A stretch of DNA of 38,854 nucleotides from Minisyncoccia bacterium (GTDB lineage Bacteria; Patescibacteriota; Minisyncoccia; Phycocordibacterales; GWA1-40-21), in the NCBI GenBank assembly GCA_044346845.1, contig JBIIYK010000003.1, positions 1-38,854 of the forward strand. Reading direction: 5' to 3'. The translations under genes and the position numbers were made by a program. Under the pieces are notes generated by a model. That model saw only the letters and a list, made by a program, of their open reading frames with translations. It had not been told where the DNA came from and did no database searches. Shown here in pieces: positions 26,277 through 34,909 of this stretch; within the stretch, counting starts at the first letter, position 1; each line of letters starts with the position of its first letter.

Positions 26277-27521
26277 ATGATGTCTAAACAAACAGCAATA
26301 ATACTTATCTTGGTGGTCTTTCTGGGGGCTATAGGGGCCTTGCTTTGGTTTTATTTCACAGTTAATACCGTAACTCCAATTAATCAGAACTCCTTCTCTG
26401 ATTCTACTGTTTATAACCCTTTTGAAGTGAAGCCGCTAGACGACCTCTCTTCAACAAGCACTACTGAAGAAATAACCCCCGACCAAGAAAACATCACTGT
26501 TTTTGGAAAACTAAGTAAAATGTCTGAGGAATTAATTTCAGGTTTTTCTGTTATTAAAAACAACAAAACCCAAAAAACCAATATTCATTATATTCTTCGC
26601 TCAAACGGAAACATATACGAAGCCTATACAGACTCCCCAGAGACAAAAAGACTTTCTGGTACCACCATTCCAAAGGTTTATGAATCTGTCTGGCTGTCTG
26701 ATGGTGAAAAATTAATAATAAGATATTTAAAAAGTGATTTGGAAAATATAGAAACCTTTTCTGTTAAGATAAATCCAGCCACCACCACCTTAAATGAATT
26801 TGCCGGAGGAATAGACGGTAACTATTTACCAGAAAATGTAACCGCCCTAGCTATAAATCCGGCGGGGGATAAAATATTTTACTTAAAAAATAACCTGACC
26901 GGTTCTACTGGTTATGTTTCCAAACCAGACGGCACTGAAAAAAAGAGTATATTTGAGTCTCCACTCACTGAGTGGATGGTTTCTTGGCCTAAAGAAAATA
27001 TTATCACCTTAAACACCAAAGCTTCTTCTAATGTTCCAGGCTATCTCTATTTTTTAAACAGCCAAACTGGTGTTTTCTCTAGAGCACTGGGTAATATAAA
27101 TGGTTTAACAACTAAAACAAATAAAGAGGCCTCAGAAATTCTTTATTCTGACAGCACAAGATCTGTCCCTAGGCTGTATTTGTATAATGTAAAAAACGGT
27201 GAAAGTAAGCTCTTGCCTTTTAGCTCCTTGCCAGAAAAATGTCTTTGGAGTAACACTGACAATAAAACTGTCTACTGCGCTGTCCCAAAAACCTTTCCAA
27301 GTGGTGATTATCCAGACATTTGGTATCAAGGCTTAATCTCTTTCAACGATGATATTTGGATGGTAAACACTGAAACTATGGCCTCTACCTTAATAATGGA
27401 TATTGAAAAAGAAGCTTCTAAAAATATAGACGCTGTAGAATTACAGCTGGACTCCAGTGACAATTATCTTTTCTTTATCAACAAAACAGACCTTTCTCTT
27501 TGGAATCTAAAACTTAAGTGA
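26277..27521 (+). CDS. Membrane-anchored beta-propeller (TolB-like) protein
   Basis: N-terminal TM helix and repeats such as WLSDGEKLI, INPAGDKIFY, WPKENII and LDSSDNYLFF. Confidence 0.75.
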   Translation: MMSKQTAIILILVVFLGAIGALLWFYFTVNTVTPINQNSFSDSTVYNPFEVKPLDDLSSTSTTEEITPDQENITVFGKLSKMSEELISGFSVIKNNKTQKTNIHYILRSNGNIYEAYTDSPETKRLSGTTIPKVYESVWLSDGEKLIIRYLKSDLENIETFSVKINPATTTLNEFAGGIDGNYLPENVTALAINPAGDKIFYLKNNLTGSTGYVSKPDGTEKKSIFESPLTEWMVSWPKENIITLNTKASSNVPGYLYFLNSQTGVFSRALGNINGLTTKTNKEASEILYSDSTRSVPRLYLYNVKNGESKLLPFSSLPEKCLWSNTDNKTVYCAVPKTFPSGDYPDIWYQGLISFNDDIWMVNTETMASTLIMDIEKEASKNIDAVELQLDSSDNYLFFINKTDLSLWNLKLK

Positions 27522-27539
27522 GTTAAATTATTAAAATAG

Positions 27540-28004
27540 TTAAACGGATAGATACTTTACCTTTACTCTTCTTTCTCTACCCTCACCAACAGATTCTGTG
27601 CTGATATCAGGATCATCAGCTAAGGTGCTGTGAACTACCATCCTTTCATAAGAAGACATGGGGTCCATAGTCACATCCATTTTTAAGTTTTTTGCCTCCT
27701 GGGCAGCACTCAGGGCTCTTACTTTTATCTTATCATCGGTTTTGGATTGTTGATTGTTGATGTCTATTGTACATTTAAAAACATCCTCTCCGGGCTTGGC
27801 ACTCCTGTTAAACATCCTCTTTAGGATATAAACAAAATCTTTGGCTAAATCACTATTTTCAGAAGAAACTTTTTCAAATTCTACACTAACGATAGAGAAA
27901 ATATGCCCGCGCTTAGGATCGGCAGAGTAGGTAATAGACTCAGTTGTTACTCCAATAAGCGTAAAAACTTGTTCTATTATTTTTTTGGCTTGTTCAGTGT
28001 TCAT
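27540..28004 (-). CDS. jag: Jag/KhpB-like R3H domain RNA-binding protein (short form)
   Basis: R3H motif PMSSYERMVVHSTL...TESVGEGRERRV, located downstream of yidC. ATG 28004 preferred. Confidence 0.85.
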   Translation of the reverse strand: MNTEQAKKIIEQVFTLIGVTTESITYSADPKRGHIFSIVSVEFEKVSSENSDLAKDFVYILKRMFNRSAKPGEDVFKCTIDINNQQSKTDDKIKVRALSAAQEAKNLKMDVTMDPMSSYERMVVHSTLADDPDISTESVGEGRERRVKVKYLSV

Positions 28005-28014
28005 AATATTTTTC

Positions 28015-28767
28015 TTATTTTTTAATATCTCCGTCCTCAATGGCAATTTTCTTCCTCATATATAACTCCTGTACGATGGCAAACACACTGGCGGTAATAA
28101 GATAGAGAGAAACTAGTGAGGCAAAGCTACGAGCAACAAAAAACATAAATATTGGCATGACGTACTTCATTTGGGTACTCATGCTCCTAGCCAACTCACC
28201 TTGAAAAGAAGTATCCTTCTTTTCCCCTTCAGCTTTTTTGGGTGCTGCGGGCATAGTAAACTTTATTTGGAAGAACTGCCCAACGGCGACTATAACAGCC
28301 AGTATAGTGTTTTTCTGTGTTATGTCAAAAATACCTAAGAAAAATGTATTAATTTCGTCCGGGACCTTAATAAAAGAGTAGAGCATATCGGTATTTATGT
28401 TTGTCAAACCTCCTTTGTAAAAAACCATATACAAGGCAATGAGGATTGGGAGTTGAATTAAAGCCAAAAAGATTCCCGCAAAAGGATTAACGCCTTTTTC
28501 TTTATACAAAGCCATGGTTTTCAAGGCTTGTTCCTGCTTATTGTCCTTATATTTAAGCTTAATATTATCAATATCTGGCTGAATCTTCTTCATCTCAATC
28601 TGGCTGCGCACGGACTTTTGGGATAGGGGGAACAGAATGAGTTTTATAATTATAGTAAAAATAATAACCACAATACCGGCATCTACCCAGGGAAAAGTAC
28701 CTATAAAGCCAATAAAGGCGTTATAGAGGGGTTTATATAAAATAAGATTATAAACATAAGAAATCAT
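28015..28767 (-). CDS. yidC: Membrane protein insertase YidC (short form)
   Basis: IKLILFPL, MKKIQP, MALYKEKGVNPFAG, LIQLPILIALY; located in rpmH-rnpA-yidC-jag. Confidence 0.95.
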   Translation of the reverse strand: MISYVYNLILYKPLYNAFIGFIGTFPWVDAGIVVIIFTIIIKLILFPLSQKSVRSQIEMKKIQPDIDNIKLKYKDNKQEQALKTMALYKEKGVNPFAGIFLALIQLPILIALYMVFYKGGLTNINTDMLYSFIKVPDEINTFFLGIFDITQKNTILAVIVAVGQFFQIKFTMPAAPKKAEGEKKDTSFQGELARSMSTQMKYVMPIFMFFVARSFASLVSLYLITASVFAIVQELYMRKKIAIEDGDIKK

Positions 28768-28794
28768 AGAGATGAGTATACATCAAACACCCCC

Positions 28795-29142
28795 CTAATT
28801 CAACTTCAATATTCCAGCTTTTACTAGCAGATCTAGAATCTCCTGTTTCATCTCCTTGTGGGGTAGAGTGGAAAAATCTTTTTTAGCAAAGATAATAACA
28901 GAAAAACCAACTTTTAAATCCAATAATACAGACTCTACCGTCGCGCTCATCTTTCTTCTGAGTAGGTGGCGCCCGACAGATTTCTTTTTAACCTTAATTG
29001 GCACCACAAAAGAAAAGAGGGTGGGCAGAGAATCACCTCTATTACAAAGCCGCAAGTAAAAATTTACAGAGTGCACAAACACCCCTTCTTTCATTATTTT
29101 CTCGAAAGATTCCTTTTTTATCCTTCTGTTAAGAGGTAACAT
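28795..29142 (-). CDS. rnpA: Ribonuclease P protein component
   Basis: MLPxxRRIKK..F, FSFVV.xKV.KKSVGRHLLRRK (variant of the RNR motif); position between rpmH and yidC. Confidence 0.9.
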   Translation of the reverse strand: MLPLNRRIKKESFEKIMKEGVFVHSVNFYLRLCNRGDSLPTLFSFVVPIKVKKKSVGRHLLRRKMSATVESVLLDLKVGFSVIIFAKKDFSTLPHKEMKQEILDLLVKAGILKLN

Positions 29143-29149
29143 ATAAGAT

Positions 29150-29287
29150 CTAGACGGTGCTTAGGCGCTTTCTGCCTTTCTGTAGCCTTTTCTTAAGTAC
29201 TCTTTTACCGTAAGATGTACGGCTTCTAGACAAAAAACCATGTTTCTTAGCTCTTTTTTTCTTCTTTGGGCTATATGTAAATGACAT
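29150..29287 (-). CDS. rpmH: 50S ribosomal protein L34 (absent from ORF track)
   Basis: Manual translation MSFTYSPKKKKRAKKHGFLSRSRTSYGKRVLKKRLQKGRKRLSTV (45 aa), divergent from dnaA. Confidence 0.96.
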   Translation of the reverse strand: MSFTYSPKKKKRAKKHGFLSRSRTSYGKRVLKKRLQKGRKRLSTV

Positions 29288-29295
29288 AATGAAAG

Positions 29296-29324
29296 AGTAT
29301 AGTTTATTTTTAACTAAACGTCAA
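29296..29324 (-). promoter_or_regulatory. Sigma70 promoter of rpmH
   Basis: Minus strand TTGACG-17bp-TATACT, 8 nt upstream of the ATG. Confidence 0.75.
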
Positions 29325-29340
29325 ATCCCAACCGTAAAAG

Positions 29341-29390
29341 TTCTCCACCACTTTCCCACAACTTATGAACATATAAAGATCTTTTCCACA
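29341..29390. promoter_or_regulatory. DnaA-box cluster upstream of dnaA
   Basis: TTCTCCACC, TTTCCCACA, TTATGAACA, TTTTCCACA: near-matches to TTWTNCACA. Confidence 0.65.
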
Positions 29391-29429
29391 ACTTGGCCAT
29401 TTCAAAATTCAGTATATAATCTATGAAGC

Positions 29430-30773
29430 ATGACAGAAGAAAATAAAAAACTTTGGCAGAGTGTACTTTCTGAAGTAGAACTTTCTATTTCTAAAGCCAA
29501 CTTCAATATGTGGTTCAAAGACACTTTTATTAACAAGCAGGAAGAGGGGACGGTTTTTGTTGGAGTACCAAATGTGTTTGTAAAGGACTGGTTAATTAAT
29601 AAGTACCATAAAAACATTCTAAAGAGTTTGCGTAGTTTTGGCGAACACATCCACGCCATTGAGTATTTGGTAATAAAGCCCGAGGGCAAGAAGGAGGTGA
29701 TCAAAGAAAGCCCTAGTGACACCCACAACGAACTACCGCTACAGGATTTTTACATAAACAAAGAAGATAATCTAAATTCTAAATATACATTTGATACTTT
29801 TGTGGTTGGGCCCTTTAACGAACTAGCCTTTGCCGCCACTCAAGCAATAATAAAAAGGACTGCTATTTATAACCCCCTCTTTATATATGGAGGAACTGGT
29901 CATGGTAAAACTCACCTTGTCCAAGCAGTAGGGAACCATATTAAAAACAGCGCGCCTAACAAGAAAATTTATTACCTGACCTCAGAAAAGTTCACCTTAG
30001 ACCTAATGAATTCTATTCATGCCGGCACAGCCAATCAATTTAAGGAAAAGTACAGAAAATATGACTTGTTGATTGTAGATGATATCCAATTCTTTGCCGG
30101 TAAACAAAAAACCGAAGAAGAGTTTTTTCACCTATTCAACAGTTTTTATGACAACAATAAACAAATTATTTTTTCTTCCGACAAACACCCAAACTTTATC
30201 GTTGGCCTAGAAGACCGCTTAAAATCAAGACTTAATTCCGGCATGATAGTGGAAATTCCCAGCCCAGACCTGGAATCCCGCATTCAAATATTCAAAATCA
30301 AATCAACAATGTTAAACTTTGCCCTGTCGGCTGAAATTATTGAGTATCTAGCGTCTTCTGTTGAGGGCAACATTAGAGAGCTAGAGGGCGTTCTAAACTC
30401 CATAATCTGTCAAAGTAAACTAAAAGGACGAGACTTAACTATTACCGAGATAAAAGATTTGATAAAGAACAACCTTAAACCAAAGAAAAATTCCTCAATA
30501 AAAGAAGTAATAAAGACAATTGCCGAATTTTATGGAATTACAGAGGGTGAGGTATATGAAAAAACCAGAAAAAAGGAGGTTGTTAAGCCAAGACAGGTTA
30601 TTATGTATATCTTAAGAGAAGATTTTGACGTCTCGTATCCAACAATTGGTGAAAAACTGGGCGGTAAGGACCACACCACCGTTATGCACTCCTATGAAAA
30701 GATAAAAGAGGAGATAAAAACAGACTCATCCTTAATTAGAGAGCTTAGTCAGATTCGTTCCATGTTAACCTAG
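29430..30773 (+). CDS. dnaA: Chromosomal replication initiator DnaA
   Basis: YTFDTFVVG, YNPLFIYGGTGHGKTHL, LLIVDDIQF, EEFFHLFN, NIRELEG, GGKDHTTVMHS. Confidence 0.99.
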   Translation: MTEENKKLWQSVLSEVELSISKANFNMWFKDTFINKQEEGTVFVGVPNVFVKDWLINKYHKNILKSLRSFGEHIHAIEYLVIKPEGKKEVIKESPSDTHNELPLQDFYINKEDNLNSKYTFDTFVVGPFNELAFAATQAIIKRTAIYNPLFIYGGTGHGKTHLVQAVGNHIKNSAPNKKIYYLTSEKFTLDLMNSIHAGTANQFKEKYRKYDLLIVDDIQFFAGKQKTEEEFFHLFNSFYDNNKQIIFSSDKHPNFIVGLEDRLKSRLNSGMIVEIPSPDLESRIQIFKIKSTMLNFALSAEIIEYLASSVEGNIRELEGVLNSIICQSKLKGRDLTITEIKDLIKNNLKPKKNSSIKEVIKTIAEFYGITEGEVYEKTRKKEVVKPRQVIMYILREDFDVSYPTIGEKLGGKDHTTVMHSYEKIKEEIKTDSSLIRELSQIRSMLT

Positions 30774-30983
30774 AGGAAAAACTGTGGAAAAGGGAGGGAT
30801 TAAATGTTAAAAATTTCTGGATAAAAAATAAAAAGCTGAAGATAGAAAAATAGTTAAAGGTAATTATTAACAAGATTAAAAAAATATTTTCTTAAAAACC
30901 AATCAAAATAAAGTTAAAAAAACTTATCCACTTATCCACCCTTATAATAATAATATTCTTTATAAATTTAATAAAATAAAAAA
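30774..30983. other. Putative replication origin (oriC unwinding region)
   Basis: AT-rich dnaA-dnaN spacer with TGTGGAAAA (30783), TCTGGATAA (30816), tandem TTATCCACT/TTATCCACC (30924-30940), then TAATAATAA trio-like repeats (30945-30953). Confidence 0.75.
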
Positions 30984-32084
30984 ATGAAAGCGGAGTGTAT
31001 AAAAGAAAAATTTTGCGCGGCGGTTTCCAAGGCAGAAAAGATTACTGGTAAAAACATGTCCCTACCTATTCTTTCCTGTATCTTAATTGAAGCCAAGAGC
31101 AATTTTTTGATTTTAAGAGCCACTAATTTGGATTTAGGAATAGAGATCAGGGTTCCGGCCAAAATAACCAAGGAAGGGACGGTAGCGGTTCCAGGGGCTA
31201 TTCTTAACAGCTTTCTTTCAAACTTATCTGGGGACAACAACCTTAACTTAGAGGAAAAAGATGGAAACCTACATGTTTTGGGGTCACATAGTCAGACTAT
31301 TATAAAAAGTTATCAAGCCGAGGATTTTCCAACTATACCAAAGGTTTTAAATGGTAAAATTTATGATATAGAATCAGTAAATTTAGTTAGGGGTCTAAAG
31401 GCGGTTTGTTATAGTGCCTCACTTTCTAATATTAAACCAGAGCTGTCCAGTATTTATATTCACTCAAAAGATGACGGTCTGGTTTTTGTGGCCACAGACT
31501 CGTTTCGTTTAGCTGAAAAGGTTGTTAAGTTTAAGAAAACTAGTGATTTTGAACAAATATTGATTCCTTTTAAGAATGTTGCCGACTTACTAAAAATCAT
31601 AAACGATGAAAAAGATAGTTTGGCTATAAATTTTACCAAGAATCAAATTTCTTTTGAATACAAAGATATTTATATTGTCTCTAGGGTCATTGACGGTGTT
31701 TTTCCGGACTACCAACAAATTATTGCCAAGGAATTTAAAACCGAGGTAATTGTTCTTAAGCAAGACCTAATTAATGTTTTAAAACTCTCCAATGTTTTTT
31801 CAGATAGTTTTAATCAGATTAATATAAAAGTTTCACCTAAAGATAAAACATTAGAAATAAAATCAAAAAATTCTAACGTTGGGGAAAATGTTAACAAATT
31901 ATCCGCCACAATTTCAGGGGAGGAGATTGAGATTAATTTTAACCACAAATACATCATAGACTGTTTCCAATCTATAGACTCTGATAGCGTTTCTCTTTCT
32001 TTTAACGGACTAAATAAACCAATGGTTATTCATGGCGTATCTGATAAGAGCTTTACTTACTTAGTTATGCCTATGAATAAGTAG
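30984..32084 (+). CDS. dnaN: DNA polymerase III beta sliding clamp
   Basis: LPILSCILI, ATNLDLGI, VATDSFRLAE, SRVIDGVFPDY, YLVMPM. Confidence 0.98.
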   Translation: MKAECIKEKFCAAVSKAEKITGKNMSLPILSCILIEAKSNFLILRATNLDLGIEIRVPAKITKEGTVAVPGAILNSFLSNLSGDNNLNLEEKDGNLHVLGSHSQTIIKSYQAEDFPTIPKVLNGKIYDIESVNLVRGLKAVCYSASLSNIKPELSSIYIHSKDDGLVFVATDSFRLAEKVVKFKKTSDFEQILIPFKNVADLLKIINDEKDSLAINFTKNQISFEYKDIYIVSRVIDGVFPDYQQIIAKEFKTEVIVLKQDLINVLKLSNVFSDSFNQINIKVSPKDKTLEIKSKNSNVGENVNKLSATISGEEIEINFNHKYIIDCFQSIDSDSVSLSFNGLNKPMVIHGVSDKSFTYLVMPMNK

Positions 32085-32088
32085 TTCT

Positions 32089-32346
32089 ATGTTTAATATC
32101 GCTGATTTTTTAGGTAAATTTAAAAATTTAGGCCTCAATGAGAGGTTGTTGAAAGAGGTGATTAAGGAAGTTGTAAAAGATGTGACCAACCTTGATTTAG
32201 AAGTAAAAAATATTTTAGTTAGGGGTGATGAAATTATTTTTAAGGTTTCACCAGCCATAAAAAATGTTCTCTATATTAAGAAACAATTGATTTTAGACAA
32301 AATAAAAGAGCGTGGTATGAAGGAGCATATTAATAATTTTTTCTAA
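32089..32346 (+). CDS. Small hypothetical protein, possible DciA (DUF721)-like helicase loader
   Basis: 85 aa directly after dnaN with a helix-beta-beta-helix pattern (ILVRGDEIIFKVSPAIKNVLYIKKQLILDKI). Functional call is inference. Confidence 0.6.
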   Translation: MFNIADFLGKFKNLGLNERLLKEVIKEVVKDVTNLDLEVKNILVRGDEIIFKVSPAIKNVLYIKKQLILDKIKERGMKEHINNFF

Positions 32347-32347
32347 C

Positions 32348-34846
32348 CTAATCTTTTAAGTCGAAGTCAGTTTCTACCTCACTTTTGTTATAGACGGAAT
32401 CAGTGGCCACTATTTTTAGGGTATTTCTTTGTGTGATGGATTTTATCTCCGCTGGGGTGAAAGAGAAAAGAAATGGATAGTTATTAGATGAACCAATAAA
32501 AGTACCGTTCATATAGAAATCTAGTTTGTTTAATGGATATGCGCTTTGAATATCTGTTTGTATTGTGATTTTTTCGTCCCTATTATAAGCAACTCCTTCT
32601 ATAGGATTGATTATAGATATTTTTGGTTTGGTAAATCTTGTGTGAATGTCATCGTCCCTTGAAGGTTTTATTGGGTCAGGAATGTTTTGAGTTTGTAGCC
32701 ACTTCATTACCGGGTACTCCCAATGATTGTATTGAGGGTCTTGAGCGGGATCATCCGGCACCGCACCGTATGGGTCAGATTTGCTAACCCAATGTAGTAT
32801 TTCGTGAACATCTGGAAGAAACACCTCTTGTTGTGTTTCTGGAGGAGTGAGTTCAGTAGCTAACTTACCAGAAATCTTATCTATAATAAAAGAATCATAA
32901 CCCTGCCAAACACCACGAAAAACAGGTTTTATTTCTTTTGAGGTTGGTTCTGGTTCACTGAAATATTCTTTAGGAAAAGAAGGCAGAGCTTCATCCATGA
33001 AGGCTCGCCACATTGGGGCAATAACCAGCCCGGCCACCTTTTTATCTATTGCCGTGTTGTCATTGTTTCCGGCCCAAGCACCTACCACCAGGTTTGGGGT
33101 ATAGCCAATTATCCAAACATCACGGAAATCGTTTGTGGTTCCTGTCTTAACTGCTACTGGGCGGTCATTAAACTGAAGAGGGGAATTAGTGCTATAGGCT
33201 GGAAGGCGAGCGACTTTATCTGATAATATGTTAGATATTTGATTTGATATTTGTTCAGAGATAACCTGTTCAGGATGAAGTGAAGATTGTTCCAAGATTT
33301 CTCCAGTAGAGTTTTCTATTTTTAGTATTGAGATATGTGGGTTTCTAACCCCAGAGTTAGCAAAAACACCGTAGGCGCTAGTTATTTCAAGTGGTGAGAC
33401 TTCGCCACCACCAAGAACCAAGGTTAAACCATATTGATTTGAATCACCTAGACTAGATATACCCATATTTCTTGCTGTATCAAGGGAGTCTTTTATACCA
33501 GCAAGGTATAATGTTTTAATTGATGGAATGTTTCTTGATTGAGCTAAAGACTCTCGTAAGGTCATTGGCCCAAAATATTTTCCATCATAGTTTTCTGGCA
33601 TGTAACAATCATCTTTGTTAGTGCTACCAAGCGGCCTACCTTGAGGGTCACAAGTTGTCTGAAATTCGGTTGGTAAATCAAAAAGTACTGTGTCGGGAGT
33701 GTAGCCTTTCTCAAATGCGGTGGCGTAAACAAAAGGTTTAAAAGTTGATCCTGGTTGTCTTTGGGCGAGGGCGACATTAAAATTACCATCGATTTCTTTA
33801 TCAAAGTAGTCTCTAGAGCCTACCATAACTAAAATTTCTCCTGTTTTTGGATCTATCCCTACCATCGCAGCATTTTCAGCGTTAAAATTCTTTTTATTTT
33901 CAAAGGCATATTTTTTTACTACGGCCTCTGCTTTTTCCTGCAAGTCATAATTCAGGGTGGTTGTGATTTTTAAACCGCCCTCTCGAACCATCTTTTCTCC
34001 GTAAGTTTTTTCAAGATATTGCCTAACATATTCAACAAAGTGTGGAGCTTTTAAGCTGTTTGTTTGTCTTGATTGAAAAGAGACGATTTCTTTTTTTGCT
34101 TTGTTATATTCAGCCTCAATAATAAAGTTGTTTTCTAGCATTTTTTGCAAAACTAAATCCTTTCTGACATTTAATTTATCTTTATTGTTTCCATAAGGAG
34201 AATAGTAGGTCGGAGCATTTGGTATGGCCGCAAGGTATGCCGCCTCAGCCAAAGTCACATCGCTAGATTTTTTACCAAAAAAGGTTTGTGCCGCCTCTTC
34301 CACACCATAAATACTACCACCATAAGGACTCTCATTTAAATAAATAGAAAGGATTTCGCTCTTGGTCATTATTTTTTCCAATCTTACAGCTAACACCCAC
34401 TCCTTTAGTTTTCTAGAAATAGCTTTTTCTGAAGTTAGTAATGAATTCTTTATAACTTGCTGAGTTATAGTTGATCCTCCCTGGCTAAAACTACCACCGG
34501 TTAGGTTGGCAAAAACAGCTCTAATAATGGCTTTGACTTGTATTCCACCGTGACTATAAAAGCTAGCATCCTCTATGGCTACCGTAGCGTTTTTAACATA
34601 TTTAGATATGTCCTCGTAAGGCACAGTTCTTCTTTTTATATCTTTATTTAAGTCAAAAAGTAGGACCTCGCCTGTACGGTCATAAATTTTTGTCCCCTGA
34701 GAGACAGAACGCTGTTCAAAAGACTGTAAATCTGGCATTTTAAAGGTAGAAATCCAAAAAATTAAGATTCCTAGAACAATAAAGCCTAAACTAATTAGGT
34801 AAATAAGGGTTTTATTTATATATTTTTTATTTTTATGCTTATTCAT
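32348..34846 (-). CDS. Class A penicillin-binding protein (PBP1A family) with C-terminal Ig-like domain
   Basis: TM anchor; transglycosylase motifs AIEDASFYSHGG, GGSTITQQ and RKLKE; transpeptidase motifs STFK, SRN and KTG. ATG 34846 follows TGTTATAAT. Confidence 0.95.
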   Translation of the reverse strand: MNKHKNKKYINKTLIYLISLGFIVLGILIFWISTFKMPDLQSFEQRSVSQGTKIYDRTGEVLLFDLNKDIKRRTVPYEDISKYVKNATVAIEDASFYSHGGIQVKAIIRAVFANLTGGSFSQGGSTITQQVIKNSLLTSEKAISRKLKEWVLAVRLEKIMTKSEILSIYLNESPYGGSIYGVEEAAQTFFGKKSSDVTLAEAAYLAAIPNAPTYYSPYGNNKDKLNVRKDLVLQKMLENNFIIEAEYNKAKKEIVSFQSRQTNSLKAPHFVEYVRQYLEKTYGEKMVREGGLKITTTLNYDLQEKAEAVVKKYAFENKKNFNAENAAMVGIDPKTGEILVMVGSRDYFDKEIDGNFNVALAQRQPGSTFKPFVYATAFEKGYTPDTVLFDLPTEFQTTCDPQGRPLGSTNKDDCYMPENYDGKYFGPMTLRESLAQSRNIPSIKTLYLAGIKDSLDTARNMGISSLGDSNQYGLTLVLGGGEVSPLEITSAYGVFANSGVRNPHISILKIENSTGEILEQSSLHPEQVISEQISNQISNILSDKVARLPAYSTNSPLQFNDRPVAVKTGTTNDFRDVWIIGYTPNLVVGAWAGNNDNTAIDKKVAGLVIAPMWRAFMDEALPSFPKEYFSEPEPTSKEIKPVFRGVWQGYDSFIIDKISGKLATELTPPETQQEVFLPDVHEILHWVSKSDPYGAVPDDPAQDPQYNHWEYPVMKWLQTQNIPDPIKPSRDDDIHTRFTKPKISIINPIEGVAYNRDEKITIQTDIQSAYPLNKLDFYMNGTFIGSSNNYPFLFSFTPAEIKSITQRNTLKIVATDSVYNKSEVETDFDLKD

Positions 34847-34909
34847 ACGTTCCGATATTATAACACAAACCTTCAAGACAAAGTGAAAAAAATATGCTAG
34901 ATTTTATAT

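Noticed and set aside
16328-27521. Integrative conjugative element or prophage
   Set aside because: No integrase, relaxase, coupling protein, att repeats or phage genes are visible, and the cluster is embedded among core origin genes.
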